Made by a program: the position numbers and the translations under genes. A stretch of DNA of 64,000 nt, taken from the human T2T-CHM13v2.0 reference genome, Homo sapiens. The stretch lies in assembly GCF_009914755.1 (NCBI RefSeq), contig NC_060944.1; one strand, 5' to 3'. A model generated the notes under the pieces. The model saw only the letters and a program-made list of their open reading frames with translations, was not told the origin of the DNA and ran no database searches. Below are positions 28,701-42,987 of this stretch, piece after piece (position 1 is the stretch's first letter; every line of letters starts with the position of its first letter).

Positions 28701-31700
28701 ATGGAATGGAATGGAATAGAATGGAATGGAATGGAATGCCATGGAATGGAATGGAATGGAATTAACAAGAATGGAAAGCAATGGAATGGAATGGAATGGA
28801 ATGGAGAGGAGGCAAACCGAGTGGAATGGAATGGATTGCAATGGAATGGAAAGGACTGGATTGGAATGGAATGGAATGCAACGGAATGGAGTGGAATGGA
28901 ATGGAATGGAATGGAATGGAATCAATGCAAGTGTAATTGAATGGAATGGAATGGAATGGAATGGAGTGGAATTGATTGGAATTGATATGAATGGAATGGA
29001 AACAACTGGAATGGAACGGAATGGAATGGAATGGAATGGAATCAACTAGAATGGAAAGGAATGGAATGGAATGCAATGGAATGGAATGGTATGGAATGGA
29101 ATCAACCCTTGTGATATGTAAAGCAAAGGAATGGAATGGAATGCAATGGAATCAACAAAAGTGGAATGGAATGCAATGGAATACAATGGAATGGAATGGA
29201 ATGGAATGGAATAAACCGGAGTGGAATGGAATGGAATGGAATGCAATGGATTCGATTGGAATTTAATTAACCCGATTGGAATGGAGTGGAATGGAATGGA
29301 ATGGAATGGAATGGAATGGAATGGAAAGAAGCCGATTGGAATGCATTGGACTGCAAAGGAATCGAATTGAAAGGGATGGAATGGAATGGAATGGAATGCA
29401 ATGGAATGGAATGCAATGGAATGGAATCAACCCGAGTGGAATGGAATAGAATGGAATGGAATGGAATGGAATGCAATGGAATGGAATGGAATGGAATGGA
29501 ATGCAATGGAATGGAATGGAATGGAATGGAATGGAATGGAATGCAATGGAATGGAATGGAATGGAATGGAATGGAATGGAATGGAATCACCCCAAGTGGA
29601 ATGGAAAGAATGGAATGGAATGGAAAGCAATGGCATGGAATGGAATGGAAAGGAATCGAATGGAATGGAATGGAATGGAATGGAATCAACCCGGGTGGAA
29701 TGGAATGGAATGGAATGGAATGGAATGGAATGGAATGGAATCAAATGGATTTGAATCAACCTGCGTGGAATGTAGTGGATTCGAATGGAATGGAATGAAC
29801 CCGATAGGAATGGAATGAAATGGAATGGAATGCAATGGAATTGAATTGAAAGGAATGGAGTCAACCCTACTGGAATGGAAGGGAATGGAATGGAAAGGAA
29901 TTGAATGGAATGGAATGCAATGGAATCAACCCGACTGGAATGGAATGGAATGGAATGGAATGGAATGGAATGGAATGAAATGGAGTCAAACCGACGGGAA
30001 TGGAATGGAATGGAATGCAATGGAATGGAATGGAATGGAATGGAATGGAATGGAATCAACTCGAATGGAATGGAATGGAATGGAATGGAATGGAGTGGAA
30101 TGGACTGGAATGAAATGGAATAGAATGGAATGGAATGCAATGGAATGGCTTGAAAAAGAATGGAAAGGAATAAAATCAAGTGAAAATGGATGGAATGGAT
30201 TGGAATGGAATGGAATGGAATGGAATGGAATGGAATGGAATCCAACCAAGTGGAATGGAATGGATTGGAATGGATTGGAATGGAATGGAATGGAATGGAA
30301 TGGAATGGAATGGACTTCACACGAGTGCAAAGGAATGGAATGGAATGGAACCAACCCGAGTGGAATGGAAAGGAATGGAAATTAATGGAATGGAATGGAA
30401 TGGAATCAATCCGAGGGAATGGAACTGAATGCAATGAAATGGTATGGAATGGTGTGGAATGGAATGGATTGGAATGCAATGCAATGGAATCAAAGCGAGT
30501 GGAATGGAATGGAAAGAAATGGAATGGAATGGAATCAACACGAGTGGAATGGAAGGGAATGGAATGGGATGGGATGGAATGGAATGGAATGCAATGCAAT
30601 GGAATCAACCCGAGAAGAATGGAAAGGAAAGGAATGGAATGGAATGGAATGGAATGGAATGGAATCCACCCGATTAGAATGGAAAGGAATGGCAAGGAAT
30701 ACAATGGAATGGAATGGAATGGAATGGAATGGAATGGAAAGGAATGCAAGGGCATGGAATGGAATGGAGTCAACTGGAATGGAATGGAATGGAATGGAAT
30801 AAACACCAGTGGAATGGAATGGAAAAGAGCGGAATGCATAGGAAAGGAATGGAAAGGAACTGAATGTAATGGAATCGAATGGAGTGGAATTGAATGGAAT
30901 GGAATGGAATCAATGTGAGTGAAATGGAATGGAATGGAGCGGAATGGAGGGGAATGGAATGGAATGGAATGGAATGCAATGGAATCAATGCGAGTGCAAT
31001 GGAATGGAATGGAATGGAATGGAATGGAATGGAAAGGAATAGAGTAAATAAAATGGAATTTATTTGAATGGGATGGAATCAAATGGAATGGAATGGAATG
31101 GAATGGAATGGAATGCCATGGAATGGAATGGAATGGAATTAACAAGAATGGAAAGGAATGGAATGGAACGGAATGGAGAGGAGGCAAACCGAGTGGAATG
31201 GAATGGATAGCAATGGAATGGAAAGGACTGGAATGGAATGGAATGGAATGCAACGGAATGGAGTGGAATGGAATGCAATGGAATGGAATGGAATGGAATG
31301 GAATGGAATGGAATCAATGCAATTGTAATTGAATGGAATGGAATGGAGTGGAATTGATTGGAATTGATATGAATGGAATGGAAACAACTGGAATGGAACG
31401 GAATGGAATGGAATGGAATGGAATGGAATCAACTAGAATGGAAAGGAATGGAATGGAATGCAATGGAATGGAATGGTATGGAATGGAATCAACCCTTGTG
31501 ATATGTAAAGCAAAGGAATGGAATGGAATCAACAAAAGTGGAAAGGAATGCAATGGAATACAATGGAATGGAATGGAATGGAATGGAATGGAATGGAATA
31601 AACCGGAGTGGAATGGAATGGAATGGAATGCAATGGATTCGATTGGAATTTAATTAACCCGATTGGAATGGAGTGGAATGGAATGGAATGGAATGGAATG

Positions 31701-34700
31701 GAATGGAATGGAATCCAATCCAGTGTAAAGGAATGGAATGGAATGGAATGGAGTGGAATGGAATGGAATGGAATGGAATGGAATGGAAAGGAACGGACTG
31801 GAATGGAATAAATTGCAGTGGAATGGTATGGAATGCAAAGTAATATAATGAAAATGAGTGGAATCCACCAAAATGGAAAGGAAAGGAATGGAATGGAATG
31901 GAATGAATGGAATGGATTGGAAAGGAATCAACCCAAGTGGAATGGAAAGGAATGGAATACAATGAAATGGAATGCAATGGAATGGAATCGAATGGAATGG
32001 AATGGAATGGAATGGAATGGAATGGGATGGAATGGAATGGATTGGAATGGAATCACCCCATGTGGAATGGAAAGAATGGAATGGAATGGAAAGCAATGGC
32101 ATGGAATGGAATGGAAAGGAATCGAATGGAATGGAATGGAATGGAATGGAATGGAATCAACCCGGGTGGAATGTAATGGAATGAAATGGAATGGAATGGA
32201 ATGGAATGGAATGGAATGGAATGGAATGGAATGGAATGGAATCAAATGGATTTGAATCAACCCGCGTGGAATGTAGTGGATTCGAATGGAATGGAATCAA
32301 CCAGATAGGAATGGAATGAAATGGAATGGAATGCAATGGAATTGAATGGAAAGGAATGGAGTCAACCCCACTGGAATGGAAGGGAATGGAATGGAAAGGA
32401 ATGGAATGGAATGGAATGCAATGGAATCAACCCGACTGGACTGGAATGGAATGGAATGGAATGGAATGAAATGGAGTCAAACCGACTGGAATGGAATGGA
32501 ATGGAATGCAATGGAATGGAATGGAATGCAATGTAATGGAATGGAATGGAATGGAATGGAATGGAATCAACTCGAATGGAATGGAATGGAATGGAGTGGA
32601 ATGGACTGGAACGAAATGGAATAGAATGGAATGGAATACAATGGAATGGATTGAAATGGAATGGAGAGGAATAAAATCAAGTGAAATTGGATGGAATGGA
32701 TTGGAATGGAATGGAATGGAATGGAATGGAATGGAATGAAATGGAATCCACCCAAGTGTAATGGAATGGATTGGAATGGATTGGAATGGAATGGAATGGA
32801 ATGGAATGGAATGGAATGGAATGGACTTCACACGAGTGCAACGGAATGGAATGGAATGGAACCAACCCGAGTGGAATGGAATGGAATGGAAATTAATGGA
32901 ATGGAATGGAATGGAATCAACCCGAGGGAATGGAAAGGAATGCAATGAAATGGTATGGAATGGTGTGGAATGGAATGGAATGGAATGCAATGGAATGGAA
33001 TCAAAGCGCGTGGAATGGAATGGAATGAAATGGAATGGAATGGAATCAACACGAGTGGAATGGAAGGGAATGTAATGGGATGGGATGGAATGGAATGGAA
33101 TGCAATGCAATGGAATCAACCCGAGAAGAATGGAAAGGAAAGGAATGGAATGGAATGGAATGGAATCCACCCGATTAGAATGGAAAGGAATGGCAAGGAA
33201 TGCAATGGAATGGAATGGAATGGAATGGAATGGAATGGAATGGAAAGGAATGCAAGGGCATGGAATGGAATGGAGTCAACTGGAATAGAATGGAATGGAA
33301 TGGCATCAACACCAGTGGAATGAAATGGAAAGGAGCGGAATGGACAGGAAAGGAATGGAAAGGAACTGAATGTAATGGAATCGAATGGAGTGGAATTGAA
33401 AGGAATGGATTGGAACCAATGTGAGTGAAATGGAATGGAATGGAACGGAATGGAGGGGAATGGAATGGAATGGAATGGAATGCAATGGAATCAATGCGAG
33501 TGCAATGGAATGGAATGGAATGGAATAGAAAGGAATGGAGTAAATAAAATGGAATTTATTTGAATGGAATGGAATCAAATGGAATGGAATGGAATGGAAT
33601 GGAATGGAATGGAATGGAATGGAATGGAATGGAATGGAATGCCATGGAATGGAATGGAATGGAATTAACAAGAATGGAAAGCAATGGAATGGAATGGAAT
33701 GGAATGGAGAGGAGGCAAACCGAGTGGAATGGAATAGATTGCAATGGAATGGAAAGGACTGGATTGGAATGGAATGGAATGCAACGGAATGGAGTGGAAT
33801 GGAGTAGAATGGAATGGAATGGAATGGAATGGAATGGAACGGAATGGAATGGAATCAATGCAAGTGTAATTGAATGGAATGGAATGGAATGGAGTGGAGT
33901 GGAATTGATTGGAATTGATATGAATGGAATGGAAACAACTGGAATGGAACGGAATGGAATGGAATGGAATCAACTAGAATGGAAAGGAATGGAATGGAAT
34001 GCAATGGAATGGAAAGGTATGGAATGGAATCAACCCTTGTGATATGTAAAGCAAAGGAATGGAATGGAATCAACAAAAGTGGAATGGAATGCAATGGAAT
34101 ACAATGGAATGGAATGGAATGGAATGGAATAAACCGGAGTGGAATGGAATGGAATGGAATGCAACGGATTCGATTGGAATTTAATTAACCCGATTGGAAT
34201 GGAGTGGAATGGAATGGAATGGAATGGAATGGAATGGAAAGAAGCCGATTGGAATGCATTGGACTGCAAAGGAATCGAATTGAAAGGGATGGAATGGAAT
34301 GGAATGGAATGCAATGGAATGGAATGGAATGGAATGGAATCAACCCGAGTGGAATAGAATAGAATGGAATGGAATGGAATGGAATGCAATGGAATGGAAT
34401 GGAATGGAATGGAATGGAATGGAATGGAATGGAATGGAATGGATTGGAATGTAATCACCCCATGTGGAATGGAAAGAATGGAATGGAATGGAAAGCAATG
34501 GCATGGAATGGAATGGAAAGGAATCGAATGGAATGGAATGGAATGGAATGGAATGGAATCAACCCGGGTTGAAGGTAATGGAATGAAATGGAATGGAATG
34601 GAATGGAATGGAATGGAATCAAATGGATTTGAATCAACCTGTGTGGAATGTAGTGTATTCGAATGGAATGGAATCAACCCGATAGGAATGGAATGAAATG

Positions 34701-36500
34701 GAATGGAATGCAATGGAATTGAATGGAAAGGAATGGAGTCAACCCTACTGGAATGGAAGGGAATGGAATGGAAAGGAATGGAATGGAATGGAATGCAATG
34801 GAATCAACCCGACTGGACTGGAATGGAATGGAATGGAATGGAGTGGAATGGAATGGAATGGAGTCAAACCGACTGGAATGGAATGGAATGGAATGCAATG
34901 GAATGGAATGGAATGGAATGCAATGTAATCAACTCGAATGGAATGGAATGGAATGGAATGGAGTGGACTGGACTGGAACGAAATGGAATAGAATGGAATG
35001 AATGCAATGGAATGGCTTGAAATGGAATGGAAAGGAATAAAATCAAGTGAAATTAGATGGAATGGATTGGAATGGAATGGAATGGAATGGAATGGAATGG
35101 AATGGAATGGAATGGAATGGAATCCACCCAAGTGGAATGGAATGGATTGGAATGGATTGGAATGGAATGGAATGGAATGGAATGGTATGGACTTCTAACG
35201 AGTGCAACGGAATGGAATGGAATGGAACCAACCCGAGTGGAATGGAATGGAATCGAAATTAATGGAATGGAATGGAATGGAATCAACCCGAGGGAATGGA
35301 ACGGAATGCAATGAAATGGTATGGAATGTTGTGGAATGGAATGGAATGGAATGCAATGGAATGGAATCAAAGCGAGTGGAATGGAATGGAATGAAATGGA
35401 ATGGAATGGAATCAACACGAGTGGAATGGAAGGGAATGGAATGGGATGGGATGGAATGGAATGGAATGCAATGCAATGGAATCAACCCGAGAAGAATGGA
35501 AAGGAAAGGAATGGAATAGAATGGAATGGAATGGAATGGAATGGAATGGAATGGAATCCACCCGATTAGAATGGAAAGGAATGGCAAGGAATGCAATGGA
35601 ATGGAAAGGAATGGAATGGAATGGAATGGAAAGGAATGCAAGGGCATGGAATGGAATGGAGTCAACTGGAATGGAATGGAATGCAATGCAATCAACACCA
35701 GTGGAATGAAATGGAAAGGAGCGGAATGCACAGGAAAGGAATGAAAAGGAACTGAATGTAATGGAATCGAATGGAGTGGAATTGAATGGAATGGAATGGA
35801 ATCAATGGGAGTAAAATGGAATGGAATGGAACGGAATGTAGTGGAATGGAATGGAATGGAATGGAATGCAATGGAATCAATGCGAGTGCAATGGAATGGA
35901 ACAGAATGGAATGGAATGGAAAGGAATGGAGTAAATAAAATGGAATTTATTTGAATGGAATGGAATCAAATGGAATGGAATGGAATGGAATGGTATGGAA
36001 TGGAATGGAATGGAATGCCATGGAATGGAATGGAATGGAATTAACAAGAATGGAAAGGAATGGAATGGAATGGAATGGAGAGGAGGCAAACCGAGTGGAA
36101 TGGAATGGATAGCAATGGAATGGAAAGGACTGGAATGGAATGGAATGGAATGCAACGGAATGGAGTGGAATGGAATGGAATGGAATGGAATGGAATGGAA
36201 TGGAATCAATGCAAGTGTAATTGAATGGAATGGAATGGAATGGAGTGGAATTGATTGGAATTGATATGAATGGAATGGAAACAACTGGAATAGAACGGAA
36301 TGGAATGGAATGGAATGGAATCAACTAGAATGGAAAGGAATGGAATGGAATGCAATGGAATGGAATGGTATGGAATGGAATCAACCCTTGTGATATGTAA
36401 AGCAAAGGAATGGAATGGAATCAACAAAAGTGGAATGGAATTGAATGGAATGGAATGGAATGGAATGAAGCCGATTGGAATGCATTGGACTGCAAAGGAA
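26810..36500 (+). repeat. Four tandem ~2.4-2.5 kb units arranged as a duplicated ~4.9-kb dimer (A-B-A'-B')
   Basis: AGTAAATAAAATGG occurs at 28651, 31043, 33539 and 35930 (spacings 2392, 2496, 2391). GACTTC occurs at ~27866, 30313, 32824 and 35190. Alternate units share private variants. Confidence 0.9.
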
Positions 36501-39500
36501 TCGAATTGAAAGGGATGGAATGGAATGGAATGGAATGCAATGGAATGGAATGGAACGGAATGGAATCAACCCGAGTGGAATGGAATAGAATGGAATGGAA
36601 AGCAATCAACCCGAGTGGAATGGAATGGAGTGGAATGGAATGGAATGGAATGCATTGGAATGGAATGGAATCGAATGCAATGGAATGGAATAGCGTGGAA
36701 TGTAATGGAATGCAATGGAAAGGAATCAAGCCAGGTGGAATCAAAAGGAATGGAATGGAATTGAATGCAATGGAATTGAATGGAATGAACCCGAGTGGAA
36801 TGTAATGGCATGGAATGGAGTGGAATGGAATGGAAAGGAATGGAATGGATTCAACGCGATTGGAAAGGAATGGAATGGAATGGAATGGAATCAACCCGAG
36901 TGGAATGGAGTGCAACGGAATGGAATGAAATGGAATGGAATGGAATGGAATGGAATGGAATCAACGTGATTGTAAAGGAATGAAATGAAATGGAATGGAA
37001 TGGAATGCAATTGAATCAACTCGATTGGAAAGGAATGGTTGGAATGGAAATGAAAGGAATGGAATGGAATGAAATCAACCCGAATGGAATGGAATGGAAT
37101 GGAATGGAATGGAATGGAATGGAATGGAATGGAAGGGAATGGAATGGAATCACCCAGAGTAGAATTGAATGGAATGGAATGGAATGGAATGGAAGGGAAT
37201 GGAATGGAATGGATTCAAACGAAATGGAATGGAATGGAATGGATTGGAATGGAATAGAATTGAATGGAATAAACTGAAGTGGAATGGTATAGAATGGAAT
37301 GGAATGGATTGGAATGGAATGGAATGGGAAGGAATGGAATCAACTAGAATGGAAAGGAATGGAATGGAAAGGAATGCAGTGGAATGGAATGGAATGGAAT
37401 CAAACCCTGTGGAATGTAATGCAAAGGAATGGAAAGGAATGGAATGGAATAAACAAAAGTGGTATGGAAGGGAATGGAATAGAATGGAATGGAATGGAAT
37501 GGAAAGCAATGGAGTCAACCAGAATGGAATCTAATGGAATGGAATGCAATGGAATGGAATGGAATGGAATGGAATTGAATGGAATGGAATGGAATGGAAT
37601 GGAATGGGATGGAATGTCATCAAACCGAGTGGAGTGGAATGGAATTGAATGTAATGGAATGGAATAAACTGCAAATGAAAGGAATGGAATGGAATGGAAT
37701 GGAAACAACCAGAGTGGAATGGAATTGAAAGGAATGGAATGGAATGGAATCAACCCGAGTGGAATTGAAAGGAATGGAATGGAATGGAATGGAATGGAAT
37801 GGAATGGAATGGAATGGATTGGAATGGAATGGAATGGAATCAACGCGAGTGGAATGGAATGGAATGAATTGAATGGAATTAACCCGAGTGAAATGGAATG
37901 GAAAGGAATGGAATGGAATTTAATGGAATTGAATGGAATGGAATGGAATCAACCTGAGAGGAATGGAATGAAATGGAATGGAATGCAAAGCAACGGAATT
38001 GAATGGAATCTACCAGAGTTGAATGGAATTGAATGGAATGCAATGGATTGGAATCAACCCAAATGGAATAGAATGGAATGGAATTGAATGGAATTACCCC
38101 GAGTGAAATGGCATGGAAAGGAACGGAATATAATTTAATGGAATAGAATGGAATGGAATGGAATCAACCCGAGTGTAACTGAATGGAATGTAATGGAATG
38201 CAATGTAATGGAATGGAACCAATAAGAGTGGAATGGATTGGAATGGAATGGAATGGAATGAAAGGGAATGGAATCAACCCGAGTGGAATGGAATGGAATG
38301 GAATGGAATGGAAAGGAATGGAATGGAATACACCATAGTGGAATGGAATAGAATGGAATGGAATGGAGTGGAATCAACCCCAGTCGAATGGAATGGAATG
38401 GAATGGAATGGAATGGAATGGAATGGAATGGGATGGAATGGATTGGAATCAAACCGAGTGGAATGGAATGGAATGCAATGGAACGGAAAGGAATGCAATT
38501 GAATGAAATAAACCCGAATGGAATGGAATGGAATGGAATAGAATAGAATGCAATGGAGTTGATTGGAATCAATCTCAGTTTAATCTAAAGGAATGGAAAG
38601 GAATGGAATTTAAGAGAATGGAATGGAATGGAATGGAATGGAATGGAATGGAATGGAATGGAATGCAATGGAATCAACCAGAGTGGAATTGAGTGTAATG
38701 GATCGAAATGGAATGGAATGGAATGGAATAAACCTGAGTAGAATGCAATGGAAGGGAATGGAATCGAATGGAATGGAATGGAATGGCATTGAATGGAATC
38801 AACACGGGTGGAATGGAATGGAATGGAGTGGATTGGAAAGTTATGGAATCAACCCGAATGGAATGGAATGGAATGGAATGCAGTGGAATTAACCCGAGTG
38901 GAATGGAATGGTATGGAGTGAAATGGAACGGAATGGAATGGTATGGAATGGAATGGAATGAAAAGGAAAGGAAAGCAATGGAATCAAAACGAGTGGAATG
39001 GAATGGAATGTAAAGAAATGGAGTGGAATTCTATAGAATCAACACGAGTGGAATGGAATGGAAAGCAATTGAATGCAATGGAATGGAATGGAATGGAATC
39101 CAATCCAATGTAAAGGAATGGAACGGAACGGAATAGAATGTAATGGAATGGAATGGAATGGACTGGAATGGAAAAAATTCGAGTGGAATGGAATGGAATG
39201 CAAAGTAATATAATGGAAATGAATGGAATCCACCCGCATGGAAAGCAAAGGAATGGAATGGAATGGAATGGAATGGAATGGAATGGAATGGAATGGAGAG
39301 GAATGGAATGGAATGGAATGGAATGGAGAGGAATGGAATGGAATGGAATGCAGAAGAATGGAATGGAATTGATTTGAATGGAATGGAATCAACTGGAATG
39401 GAATGGAATGGAATGGAATGGAATGGAATGGAATCAACTAGAATAGAAAGGAATGAAATGGAATGGAATGCAGTGGAATGGAATGGAATGGAATCAACCC

Positions 39501-42500
39501 GTGTGGAATGTAATGCAAAGGAATGGAATGGAATGGAATGGAATCAACAAAAGTGTAATGGAAGGGAATGGAATAGAATGGAATGGAATGGAATGGAAAG
39601 CAATGGAGTCAACCCGAATGGAATCGAATGGAATGGAATGCAATGGAATGGAATCGTATAGAATGGAATGGGATGGAATGGAATCAAACCGAGTGGAGAG
39701 GAAGGGAATTGAATGGAATGGAATGGAATAAATTGGAATGGAAAGGAATGGTATTTAATGGAATGGAATGGAATGGAATGGAATGGAATCAACCAGAGTG
39801 GAATGGAATGGAATGGAATGGGATAGAATGGAATCAAACCGAGTGGAGTGGAATGGAATTAAATTAATGGAATGGAATAAATTAGAATGGAAAGGAATGG
39901 AATGGAATGGAGTGGAATCAACCAGAGTGGAATGGAATTGAATGGAATGGAATGGAATGGAATCAACCCGAGTGGAATGGAATTGAATGGAATGGAATGG
40001 AATCGAATGGAATCAACCCGAGTGGAATGGAATTGAATGGAATGGAATGCAATTAACCAGAGTGAAACGGAATGGAAAGGAACGGAATGGAATTTAATGG
40101 AATGGAATGGAATGGAATCAACCTGAGTGGACTGGAATGAAATGGACTGGAATGCAAAGCAATGGAATTGAATGGAATCAACCAGAGTTGAATGGAATTG
40201 AATGGAATGGAATGGAATGGAATGGAATCAACCGAAATGCAATGTAATGAAATGCAATTGAATGGAATTACCCCGAGTGAAATGGCATGGAAAGGAACGG
40301 AATAGAATTTAATGGAATGGAATGGCATGCAATGGAATCAACCCGAGTGGAATGGAATGGCATGAAATGGAATGCAATGCAATGGAATGGAAACAATAAG
40401 AGTGGAATGGATTGGAATGGAATGGAATGGAATGAAAGGGAATGGAATCAACCCGAGTGGAATGGAATGGAATGGAATGCAATGGAATGGAATGGAATGC
40501 AATGGAATGGAATGGAATACACCAGAGTGGAATGGAATAGAATGGAATGGAATGGAGTGGAATCAACCCCAGTGGAATGGAATGGAATGGAATGGAATGG
40601 AATGGAATGGAATGGAATGGAATGGAGTGGAGTGGAGTGGAGTGGAATGGAATGGAATGGAATGGATTGGAATCAAACCGAGTGTAATGGAATGGAATGG
40701 AAAGGAATGGAATGGAATGAAATCAACCCGAGTGGAATGGAATGGAATGGAATGGAATGGAATGGAATAGAATGAAATGGAGTGGATTGGAATCAATCTG
40801 AGTGGAATGGAAAGGAATGGAATTGAAGAGAATGGAATGGAATGGAATGGAATGGAATGGAATGGAATGCAATGCAATGGAAAGGAATCAACCAGAGTGG
40901 AATTGACTGTAATGGACCGGAATGGAATGGAATGGAATGGAATGGTATCAATGCAAGTGTAATTGAATGGAATGGAATGGAATGCAATGGAATGCAATGG
41001 AATGGAATGGAATGGAGAGGAATGGAATGGAATTGATTTGAGTGCAATGGAATCACCTGGAATCGAATGGAATGGAATGGAATCAACTAGAATGGAAAGG
41101 AATGGAATGGAATGGAATGCAGTTGAATGGAATGGAATGGAATCAACCCGTGTGGAATGTAATGCAAAGGAATGGAATGGAATGGAATAGAATGGAATGG
41201 AATGGAATGGAATGGAATGGAATGGAATGGAATGGAATGGAATCAACAAAAGTGGAATGGAAGGGAATGGAATAGAATGGAATGGAATGGAATTGAAAGC
41301 AATGGAGTCAACCCGAATGGAATCGAATGGAATGGAATGCAATGGAATGGAATGGAATGCAATGGAATGGAGTGGAATGGAATGGAATGGAATGGAATGG
41401 GATGGAATGGAATGGAATCAACCAGAGTGGAATACAATTCAATGGAATTGAATGGAATGGAATCAACCCGAATGGATTGGAATTGAATCGAATGGAATGG
41501 AATGGAATGGAATGGAATGGAATGGAATGGAATGGAATGGAATCAACCAGAGTGGAATGGAATTGAATGGAATGGAATGGAATGGAATGGAATCAACCCG
41601 AGTAGAATGGAATTGAATGGAATGGAATGGAATGGAATCAACCCGAGTGGAATGGAATGGAATGGAATGGAATGGAATGGAATTAACCCGAGTGAAATGG
41701 AATGGAAAGGAAAGGAATTTAATGGAATGGAATGGAATGGAATGGAATCAACCTGAGTGGACTGTAATGAAATGGGGTGGAATGGAAAGCAATGGATTTG
41801 AATGGAATCAGCCAGAGTTGAATGGAATTGAACGGAATGGAAAGGAATGGAATCAACCCAAATGGAATGTAATGGAATGGAATTGAATGGAATTACCCCG
41901 AGTGAAACGGCAAGGAAAGGAATGGAATAGAAATTAATGGAATGAAATGGAATGGAATGGAATCAACATGAGTGGAATGGAATGGAATGAAATGGAATGC
42001 AATGCAATGGAATGCAACCAATAAGAGTGGAATGGATTGGAATGGAATGGAATGGAATGGAATGAAAGGGAATGGAATCAACCCACGTGGAATGGAATGG
42101 AATGGAATGGAATGGAATGGAATGCACCAGAGTGGAATGGAATAGAATGGAATGGAATGGAGTGGAATCAACCACAGTGGAATGGAATGGAATGGAATGG
42201 ATTGGAATCAAACCGAGTGTAAAGGAATGGAATGGAAAGGAATGGAAAGGAATGAAATCAACCCCAGTGAAATGGAATGGAATGGAATGGGATGGAATAT
42301 AATGGAATGGAGTGGATTGGAATCAATCTGATTGGAATGGAAAGGAATGGAAAGAATGGAATTGAAGGGAATGGAATGGAATGGAATGGAATGGAATGGA
42401 ATGGAATGGAATGGAATAAACCCGAGTAGAATGCAATGGAAGGGAATGGAATCGAATGTAATGGAATGGCATTGAATGGAATCAACACGAGTGGAATGGA

Positions 42501-42987
42501 ATGGAATGGAATGGATTGGAGTGGAATGGAATCAACCCCAGTGGAATGTAATATAAAGGAATGGAATGGAATGGAGTAGAATGAACACGAGTGGAATGGA
42601 ATGGTATGGAATGAAACGGAATGGAATGGAATGGTATGGAATGGAATGGAATGGTATTGAAGGGAATGGAATGGAATGGAATAGAATTCAATCCAGTGTA
42701 AAGGAATGAAACGGAATGGAATGGAATGGAATGGAATGGAATGGAATGGTATGGAATGGAATGGAATGGAAAGCAATGGACTGGAATGGAATAAATTGCA
42801 GTGGAATGGTATGGAATGCAAAGTAATATAATGAAAATGAGTAGAATCCACCAAAATGGAAATGAAAGGAATGGAATGGAATGGAATGAATGGAATGGAT
42901 TGGAAAGGAATCAACCACAGTGGAATGAAAAGGAATGGAATGGAATGGAATGGAATGGAATGGAATGGAATGGAATGGAATGGAATC
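34456..42987 (+). repeat. Candidate complete ancestral higher-order unit (~8.5 kb)
   Basis: The interval between successive CACCCCATGT landmarks (34456, 42987) contains nearly all the module-specific rare words seen in the first 59 kb, once each, plus three diverged copies of the core cassette. That it is ancestral is an inference. Confidence 0.5.
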
